Shown here in pieces: positions 1-7,359 of a stretch of DNA of 7,688 nucleotides. Location: positions 1-7,688 of the forward strand of contig BAAFSQ010000403.1 of the NCBI GenBank assembly GCA_054661495.1, given 5' to 3'. Position 1 is the first letter of the stretch, and each line of letters starts with the position of its first letter. This stretch comes from Zygophlyctis sp. KS116. Lineage: Eukaryota > Fungi > Chytridiomycota. The notes under the pieces are model-generated. The model was not told the DNA's origin and made no database searches. It saw only the letters and a list, made by a program, of their open reading frames with translations. The position numbers and the translations under genes were made by a program.

Positions 1-82
1 AGAACTAGGAATTTATTACTTGTTTTTCTTAATTTGGACTTGGATCTAGGATATCGGAAAGTGGACTTTTCGACAATATCAA

Positions 83-154
83 GCGTTGGTAGTCAAGTGG
101 TATCGATCCCTGTTTGCCATACAGGGGGCCCGGGTTCGATTCCCGGTCGACGCA
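83..154 (+). tRNA. tRNA-Gly(GCC): tRNA-Gly (anticodon GCC), intronless, CCA not encoded
   Basis: Full cloverleaf: acceptor GCGTTGG (83-89)/TCGACGC (147-153); D arm GTC..TGG..GAT; anticodon stem CCTGT (109-113)/ACAGG (121-125) with loop TTGCCAT (GCC at 116-118); T arm CCGGG-TTCGATT-CCCGG (130-146); discriminator A154. Confidence 0.97.
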
Positions 155-155
155 A

Positions 156-160
156 TTTTT
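156..160 (+). terminator. RNA polymerase III oligo-dT terminator
   Basis: TTTTT starting 2 nt after the tRNA discriminator base, the usual eukaryotic tDNA arrangement. Confidence 0.8.
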
Positions 161-562
161 AAATTTCTTTACTACGGGGCATTCACGTCTTTTCGGAAGA
201 TTTTTATTCGGTGTAGAACACGTGTCAGGTTTTGCAAAGGAATACTGAACGCTCAAATTTAATAATTTAATTTTGTACCTTAAGTCTTTTAGAAGGTTAA
301 ATTTTATATTATGATGGAATGTATGGACAAAGGAGATGCAGAATTTTCTAAAATAGTGAATACTGGAATACTATCACAGCTCTGTAACATAAGAAATCAC
401 GATTGATTTCAAAAATCAGAGGATTGTGAAAATGGTCAATTTAAAGATAATTTGAATAAATTGAAGAAGGAAATCGAAGAATATCGGTCCACTAAACTTA
501 CTTGTTTGCTTACAATGATAGCATTAGGCCAATAATTTGAATGATTTGATAGGTGCAAAGAA

Positions 563-1183
563 GATGGAGGAAATAAGGCAATTGAAGCAGAAAAAGGTAT
601 TGTTTACTTTTAATCAAATCTAATCTCAAATCTTCGTGTTTAGCCCGTAGTTTGTGCCCTAAACAAGTAGGTTTGAGAATTCTGACAAATGGAAGTACTG
701 GAACATCAATAAGTAGGTTTATTTTAGTAAAAGGTTGAATTATATTAAATTTTACTTTTCTTTTGAGTGTTTCATCTCTAACAATAACAGCATTACAATT
801 TTTCACAAATTGATTTTATGGCGGCCACGATTTAGCAAAATAATTGTCTGAAGTTTTATTCCTTATTTAGGGTTAGGGATGGAGGAAATAAGGCAATTGA
901 AGCAGAAAAAGGTATTGTTTACTTTTAATCAAATCTAATCTCAAATCTTCGTGTTTAGCCCGTAGTTTGTGCCCTAAACAAGTAGGTTTGAGAATTCTGA
1001 CAAATGGAAGTACTGGAACATCAATAAGTAGGTTTATTTTAGTAAAAGGTTGAATTATATTAAATTTTACTTTTCTTTTGAGTGTTTCATCTCTAACAAT
1101 AACAGCATTACAATTTTTCACAAATTGATTTTATGGCGGCCACGATTTAGCAAAATAATTGTCTGAAGTTTTATTCCTTATTT
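563..1183. repeat. Tandem direct duplication, 2 x 306 bp (563-868 and 878-1183) with a 9-nt spacer
   Basis: Both copies run GATGGAGGAAATAAGG...TTATTCCTTATTT, offset 315 bp, with no mismatch found by eye. The identical minus-strand ORFs 510..806 and 873..1121 reflect it. Spacer AGGGTTAGG (869-877). Confidence 0.97.
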
Positions 1184-1325
1184 GGGTTAAGATTTGATAC
1201 ATAAAAGCAGGGGAGGGTTAAACCGTCCAAAACGCGCCATAGCCTTACTAATTAGCCTTCTTTAGCACGATAACACTTAGGGTTAACAAATCAATTTAAG
1301 GCTGCCAGGATGCTTAAGCTTTGAA

Positions 1326-2467
1326 TTAAGCTTTGTCGGCCATTTCAGGCAACAAACACGTGCTTGTATTCTGATAAAGACCTGGTTGACTTTCAATGAT
1401 TTTAAACAATTGAACCTTTAAATTTACAAATTTCCGTTGAGTCTGTTCATCTCTTCTTTCTAAATATAGATAGCTGACAGGATATCCTTCGCCATGAAAT
1501 AATAAAATTATGACAAAATGTTCGAAACATTTAAGATTCGACTTAAATATCGAATCAACAAATATGTATCTGCAGATTAGATCAATAAAAGAAGTTATGA
1601 AACAAACGTGCTTTTGATTGATATTCAGGTAGAAACTGCGATAGTTGTAGATTTGTAGGATTTATCATCTATCAAATGCTCAGTCCTGTGAACCGTACAC
1701 CAAATGTAAGAAATCTATTATTAATACAGTTTTAATTACCCGGATAAGAGTTAAATCCAATAACTCTTCAACAGGGTTTTCAGATTTTAAAAGTTTTAAA
1801 ATCTGACCAGGAGATGATTTTATACAGATTTTCTTTATTCTATTCATCAAAGTATCATCTAAGTTTTTTTACTTTCTGATGGTTCACATCATTTTGAACC
1901 ATTACTGATAAAAAAGACTCAGTAGAATTGATTTAAAAGCGACCATTGCAATAAAACTTTTCTGAACCGTATTTTAGCTCCTTCTTCAGGTCCTTGTCTT
2001 TCATAATATGTTGACAAACTACAAAAACCGCACCAAGCGACATCCGTTTTTTTGTCGAATCTGATATTGAACTAAATTAATTTACAGTTAGATCTTGATT
2101 TATTCGAAAAATATTAAGTCTAGCTCTTCATTGAGCTGTACTGCATATATCTTCTTTACTTTTATTTTTAAAGTAAAAATCTCTTTACCAAAATTTCGAT
2201 TAGAGGGTTGATTATTTCTTCGGACTCTTTTAGAATTCTTGAACTGACAGTATCAGGAACAGATAGTTGCTGGAGTTTTAAATACATGATTTTTTGTACA
2301 AGATGTGAGACTTCTGAAGGGGGGTTTATAGATCCCCATGTAATAAAATCTTTTGTATGAGAACTACTACATCCATCCTTTAAAATAATTCTAACCCTCG
2401 CATACTCTGCCACAAAGCTGTCATCCTTTCTCAATTTCCTTTTTTCATGAATATTATTGTAGAGCAC
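1326..2467 (-). pseudogene. Mutator/MULE-family DDE transposase, decayed and 3'-truncated, with tiny introns
   Basis: Stop-to-stop minus frame 1661-1326 (absent from the ORF track) reads HVCFITSFIDLICRYIFVDSIFKSNLKCFEHFVIILLFHGEGYPVSYLYLERRDEQTQRKF. This matches the start of the MULE domain (hhDsT(Y/F)ktN...G.G.PhaY), with the first catalytic Asp at 1556-1554. Upstream pieces resemble fungal MULE N-termini: CQHIMKDK..KFYCNG (~2060-1940), SPGQILKLLK..LTLIR/ISYIW. GT-AG introns of 25 nt at 2085-2061 and 1739-1715. Frameshifts and stops are present; the second Asp and CxxH motif are not seen. ORF 2168..2467 is included by orientation and position only. Confidence 0.8.
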
Positions 2468-2474
2468 TAACCGT

Positions 2475-2620
2475 TAGTGCTATATTGGTAAAAGATAATC
2501 CTAAAAAGATAATCTTGGATAGATATTATCTTCTTATTATCTTATTCAAAATGTTAAAGATGAGCGATTATCTTATTCTTGTTGTATTGAGGGCAGGATT
2601 ATCTTATCCTAGCGCATCTG
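2475..2620. mobile_element. MITE-like / transposon-terminus unit with inward-facing AAGATAAT repeats
   Basis: Perfect 11-bp inverted repeat AAGATAATCCT (2492-2502)/AGGATTATCTT (2595-2605). Further copies: AAGATAATC 2506-2514, ATTATCTT at 2525, 2536 and 2567. Non-coding. Boundaries approximate; no TSD identified. Confidence 0.5.
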
Positions 2621-2706
2621 GGGGATGTAGTACAGTACGTCCGGAGAAAAAATAACGTGAAATAAAGATATTGAAATAATCGCGTTCATAGGGTTACTTT
2701 GTTAAA

Positions 2707-2880
2707 ATGTTTAAACCGACAAATAAAGAAATTTGTGCATTTTATTTTTCTCAAACAGAGGAGCCTAATGAATATATATGTAAATGTGGAAATAAGCGGA
2801 AGAAAGCAGGCTAATGTTATTAAAATCTTATGCAGCACATCCACAAGGACCACAAGGACTATCATCTGGAAAGGGTTTGA
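2707..2880 (+). pseudogene. BED zinc-finger N-terminus of a hAT-like transposase (5' fragment)
   Basis: Frame from ATG 2707 (not in the ORF track): MFKPTNKEICAFYFSQTEEPNEYICKCGNKRKKAG*CY*NLMQHIHKDHKDY. Cys at 2779 and 2785, the NLxxH-x4-H motif (His at 2836 and 2851) and an upstream aromatic 'ICAFYF' box are typical of BED fingers heading hAT transposases. Stops at 2812, 2821 and 2878. Confidence 0.75.
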
Positions 2881-3053
2881 GAAAACTCAAAGCCCAAGGA
2901 AACTACCTGTTTCCTTTATCTTCGCCCCTGCGAGGATGCGCTAATCCACGTCGCGAAGGGTCCGAAACGAAGTGGAGGTGGGCCCATCGACGGAAGGAAT
3001 AGGCATGATAAATACTATCAAGATTAATTTTTTACGATTTTTTAAATTGTCCT

Positions 3054-3117
3054 AAAGTTGAAGATGGAGATAGATGGAGATTGAAGCTGAAAGTTGAAGA
3101 TGGAAATTAAAGTTGAA
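3054..3117 (+). repeat. Short direct-repeat cluster upstream of the DUF3987-like gene
   Basis: AAAGTTGAAGATGGA at 3054-3068 and 3090-3104; partial third copy AAAGTTGAA at 3109-3117; AGATGGAGAT x2 at 3062-3081. Confidence 0.85.
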
Positions 3118-3160
3118 TGTTAAAAGTAAAAGGTTGGTTTCGTGTCGCGTTTTCAAAAAA

Positions 3161-4622
3161 ATGCTCTCAGTGGAACCTCAAACTCCAGCTAACTTAACCC
3201 AAATTACAAACGTAATTTCTTACTTGCTAAATGAAAGACCGTCTAAAAAGCGTGTAATCAGAATCAGAAGAATTTGTGAATCAAAGGTAGTTTTTAAGTA
3301 AATTGATATATTCAGAATAGCTGACTGTTACCCTAAAGCAATAATTCCAAATATCAATATATTATGCGGTCCAAAAACAGCAGCTCTACTTTATTCAATC
3401 GGTAATTTTAACATATACTTACTTCCTAAGGGCAATCATTGGCTGTTGTTGCAAGTGTCAAATAAATCGGAAACATTTTTCAGCAAATTATATTCAATTA
3501 AAGTTAAACTTGTTTCTTAATAATTAGATGATACCAAATATAGAACAATGTATATGAATTTCTATGGTGGAGGAAAATTTAAAAATATAACGAAGACTTT
3601 TGGGTCCACCGAGATTGATAGTGTTGCTCTAAGTTTTATCGGATGTATTCATCCGGAGTCTTGAACAGGGAAGAGCAGATCATGACCGTCAAATTTCTGA
3701 ACGGGGAAGAGCAGAATCATGACGGCCTTTTGGAAAGGTAGATTAGCATTCTTACGATTAGATTTATGATAACTACCTTTAATGCAGAATATGTTACAAT
3801 TGACGAAATGAGATAAAAAAATTTTTTGATACACAAATAATTTAAGGTACTTAATTGAAAACTCAGTCTAGATTTGTTTATAAAATTTTTTGAATTTTTT
3901 CACAATCGCAAAGATGGGTCTAGACTTATATTCGAGCCTGACGAGGATGGTCAAAAAATGTTTGATAGTATATTTGACCAAATATCAGAATTTCGTCGCA
4001 AGTCTATGGATAATGATCTAAATGCAGAATATTCGAAAATGCCCGGGACTATACTTAGGCTTGCGGCATTTGATTGAATCCGTTAATTAATTACTTTAAT
4101 GTTAGGCTCTTAGTTTGGATAATATTCCTCTAAAAATTGGCTCTCAATCTTTTAAGTATTCTTTTTCATTAGCTAAGCATTTCGTTTCACAAAGGTAAAT
4201 TAAATTGTAAAACCTTAAGAATATTGTTAAAAAATGGAACTCTAAATGATGAATATGATTATAAAGATGATCTTGAATCAAATTTAACTTTTCCTTTAAA
4301 CGACATAATTTATAAAGTGAAAAGAATTTTGTACTGTCCTGGAAACGGAATTACTGCATCCGATGTTGTCAGAGGGAAGCAGCTCCCGAATGCTGATGTA
4401 CAACACATTTGTGAATTATTTTGTTTTATTCAACAAGCCGGGTTTGGGCCAGTGGAAGAAGTTATAAGTACTTCGAACAGAAATAAGGGACATGTTGGAT
4501 TGACATTAAATAAGTTTGATTCTAAACGAATCAACTCTACATCAGTAGGAAGAGGAAGGTTTAAGCTTTTCAGACTAGATGACTATTATCTGGTTCAAAC
4601 ACTAGATTATTTTGTAGAATAA
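3161..4622 (+). pseudogene. DUF3987/YfjI-like AAA+ ATPase (MCM-like helicase) with probable C-terminal winged helix; spliced and decayed
   Basis: GT-AG introns at 3287-3315, 3402-3430, 3503-3527, 3738-3761, 3847-3871, 4082-4105 and 4195-4219. Spliced pieces: ETFFSKLYSIK/DTKYRTMYMNFYGGGKFKNITKTFGSTEIDSVALSFIGCIHPE (sensor-1-like hhG.hQP), VKFLNGEEQNHDGLLER^FMIT (DGhh.RF arginine-finger motif), YSKMPGTILRLAA, FSLAKHFVSQR, then ITASDVVRGK..ELFCFIQQAGFG (wHTH-like). Motif order matches DUF3987 proteins. Walker A/B are not found and appear deleted near 3460. Frameshifts or stops occur near 3502, 3662-3687, 3810-3845 and 4069-4071. The start codon is uncertain. Confidence 0.72.
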
Positions 4623-4919
4623 AGCATTATTTTTCTCTACTTAATTGATTTTTTCAAATATCCTCGTTTTTTATTGTATTTAATGTATTGTGTGAAATGT
4701 CAGAAATATCTGATTCAGGACATCTCAAAAAAAATGCAATAAATGTTTGAAGAAAAAGGAAGTCTGAAATTTATACAATCTGGATGATTTAAATGAACTT
4801 TCAGAACTTTCTCACCTTCTCAGATATATAAAGAATTAAAATCGAAGCAAAAAACAGAAAGAATAATTAATTTAACATTGAGGCAGGTAATTGGATTATT
4901 AAATAAAATTTTTTCAGGA

Positions 4920-4925
4920 ACGCGT
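4920..4925. promoter_or_regulatory. MCB-like (ACGCGT) box upstream of the Crypton gene
   Basis: Perfect ACGCGT ~150 nt upstream of ATG 5075, with a second CGCGT at 5042-5046. Function is inferred only. Confidence 0.3.
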
Positions 4926-5074
4926 TCGTCAACTCAGTCAGACTGACTGAAGCGTATTTTATTCCGGATAAAATTCAGATAAAAATTTTCCAGTCAAAGA
5001 TAGAAACTTAGCGAGTCAGAACTGTTATCCACTTGAAGGTTCGCGTTAAAGGGGCTGAAAAAAAGATATTATCA

Positions 5075-7359
5075 ATGTCCAGAGAACAAATAATTAATCA
5101 TGCTGTCGCTGTAAGAACCATGGAGTATAATGCAGCAATGGCGGCACAAGCTATAACTAGTCAGACAGAGTCTGGAACAACTCGAGAGATTTATGAGCAC
5201 TATCAGAAACACTACAAGGTGGGCCACACAACTCAATTCATAGGAATGGTCATCCTTTTTTTACCAGGATAATGTGGTCTCACCTCAAAGGGCAATTGCT
5301 TTTATAGTTCAAGAAGTTTTATTTCAGCCTCGAAAGAAAAGAGGTCGAAAGAGCGCAGAGCAAAAAAAAATCGAACAAGAAGCTGCGATGCTTAGAAGGC
5401 AACAGATAAAATGTATTTCAGACAACCTTATTGATTTAGATACACATAATGACATTACTTTAGAATCCCTGGAATCTTTGGATTTTTCAAAAGTTGAATG
5501 TGGCTATAAAACCGTTCGCTATATGTGACTTATTTACATTTCAAAAACAATATCATAACAATAGCCATGACCATCCAAGGACAAAGGATATGAAGAAACT
5601 CATAGAACCAGTTAAAAAAATTTTGTTGAAAGAAAAGGATGAAGGATTTCATGATAGGTTGAAAGATACCGCGCTAGATACAGTCACATATATGGAAAAT
5701 GCTTCGTTTCTTGGGCTTAATGATAAAAATGAAGCTGTTTGTATTGGATATCGCCTGGACACTCTATTGATGTACAGTACCATGGGACGTTCTCAAATTA
5801 CAAGAAACCTGCGCCTTTCAGAAGTCGGTGTGGAGTATGTGTCATCAAACGAACAAGAGAATAAAACCCAAGCAATTAGATTGACTTTAAATAAGGGGAA
5901 AACCAACCAGTATGAACGAGTGCTATCTGTGGGGATACTAAGGTAATATATTTTTTATGTTCTGATTGAAAGACATAAAAAGGTTGAATTCTATAGTATA
6001 AGTGCCTTAGCTATTCATCTTGTTCACCGGTTTCATGTTGAAGGGGAAGTGAAACCAAATTTTGAAAAAAGAAGTAGTTGGTACAATGTTCGAATCGTCA
6101 GGATAAATAATGATTCACTGAAATATCAAGAGCAGCGAAAGTATGTGTTAGCTTCCTTTGAACATTTTGATCTTAATTGCAGCAAAAAAACACATCTTGG
6201 TAGGGATGTCGCTGTCTCAGTTGGAACAAAAGCTGGGTTATCCGAAAACTCCATGAAAAGACATGGTATTATTAAATTTTTTTAAAATATAGGATTTTGG
6301 AAGTTGGACTCGTTTTCTGGAGCATACCAATCTAGGACACTGCCGTACGACGTGATACGCGTACTTGCAGGGTTTGGAGCAGAGGAATTGAGAGACTTTG
6401 TCGACCCCCCTAAGGACTTGGAAAAGTTAATATTTCCTTGGGTCGAAGATTCGATAACTCTCATTCAAGATTTACTTAAAAGAAGGGTAATCCAGAGTGA
6501 GCACTCTGGCCTTGGATTCTTGAAGCTATTGCTGCTGCTGCGCCGTGTTTTTTTACAGTACGCAGCAGCATTCTATTTGAATTCTGATTTTTCTAAATAT
6601 GAAGTCTTTCAGCTGTCCTAATTTAAAACGGCTGAATTTGTTGACTTTCAGAAAAAACGAACAGATGGCGTTGCTGACCCATGTATACAAATGCTGTACA
6701 AAGCTGGAACGGAAACTAAACTCAATCAAGTCATAGAAACCCAGGCTGTTCAAGAATCAATACAAGAAAAAAGGTTTAAAAGTTTGAACGAGAAAATGGA
6801 CGAAGTATTGGCCACCATAGGTTTTCTTGCATTTTTAACTAAAATTAGAGGGAGGCAATAAAAAATGAGAAAAATGCAAAAGAAATTTCAAAATGTGTAT
6901 GTGAAAACTTTGGAAGCTGTTCATGAAGTGGCTAATTCGTCTTTATCCGATGTCTCGGATAATGATTCATCGGAGATTTAAGTTTTCGCCAATAAGTCTA
7001 AACAAATCGTTGATAAGGATGTCGGTTTACAAATGAATGTTCGAAAATTGTTGTTTGAAGAGGCAGAGACAACTCCCAAATATCGCATGGCATCATATAA
7101 AGTTGTTTCGACCGTTTTGCTAGTCTATAAGGAATGGTATGAAGGTTGGGACGGTCGTCCCAGCATAGTTGATTTAACCGACAAATACAATTTGATGTGG
7201 AGATATAAGCAGGATGAGAAAACTTTCTCAAGAAGAGGAAAGATAATACGTGAAATCCAGAAATTGGTAAAAGAAGGGATTGGAATTGAATCAGCTATTT
7301 TGATTTTGGAAGCAAGAAGGGGGAAAATAGCTGTTTCTTCATTTGCCGATTCATTGTAA
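5075..7359 (+). pseudogene. Crypton (CryptonF-type) tyrosine recombinase: Ndc10-like YR domain plus C-terminal GCR1_C domain; spliced and disrupted
   Basis: ATG 5075. Introns 5219-5243 (YQKHYK^EWS), 5943-5972 (GILR^HKKVE), 6266-6292 (KRHG^FW) and probably 6821-6848. Crypton motifs: AICDLFTFQ..NNSHDHPR, GRSQITRNLRLSEV (R 5788), GKTNQ (K 5899), ALAIHLVHRF..PNF..WY, KKTHLGR (H 6193, R 6202), W 6298, GAY (Tyr 6325), LPYDVIRVLAGF, IFPWVE, GFLKLLLLLRRVFLQ. GCR1_C: YRM..TVLLVYKEWYEGWDGRPSIVDL..WR..FSRRGKII (7081-7250). Lesions: frameshift at ~5517, TAA 6619, stop or frameshift at ~6859-6868, TAA 6979. Confidence 0.93.

Noticed and set aside
83-154. tRNA as an attB site with a duplicated 3' end (attR) elsewhere in the window
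   Set aside because: No second copy of the tRNA 3' or 5' end was found within the window.
29-256. 75-aa minus-strand ORF
   Set aside because: Antisense to the tRNA-Gly gene, non-ATG start, no recognisable motif.
311-600. Possible plus-strand coding relic (DNLNKLKKEIEEY..., NDLIGAKKMEEIRQLKQKK)
   Set aside because: Purine-rich, coiled-coil-like fragments with many stops. It may be a decayed gene, but I can assign no family or consistent splice model.
510-1121. Two near-identical minus-strand ORFs (510..806 and 873..1121)
   Set aside because: Their identity is explained by the DNA duplication; GTG starts and no recognisable domain.
1945-2060. OTU-protease-like 'DVAWCGFCSLS' in an alternative minus frame
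   Set aside because: The overlapping frame (CQH...KFYCNG) fits the MULE N-terminal context better, and no other OTU motifs were found.
2842-2859. Tandem CACAAGGAC x2
   Set aside because: Simply encodes HKDHKD within the BED finger.
2699-3002. ORFs 2699..2944 and 2814..3002
   Set aside because: Wrong frames. The recognisable BED finger lies in the third, stop-interrupted frame from 2707.
2490-3120. CRISPR-like array
   Set aside because: Repeats are short, irregularly spaced and partly inverted; there are no cas genes and the context is eukaryotic.
3212-3237. Additional 26-nt GT-AG intron candidate in the first exon of the DUF3987-like gene
   Set aside because: The size fits, but splicing it leads straight to a stop and no conserved motif anchors the frame, so it is left uncalled.
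3649-3834. 61-aa minus-strand ORF
   Set aside because: Antisense shadow of DUF3987-like exons; its internal repeat reflects the 3662-3723 duplication.
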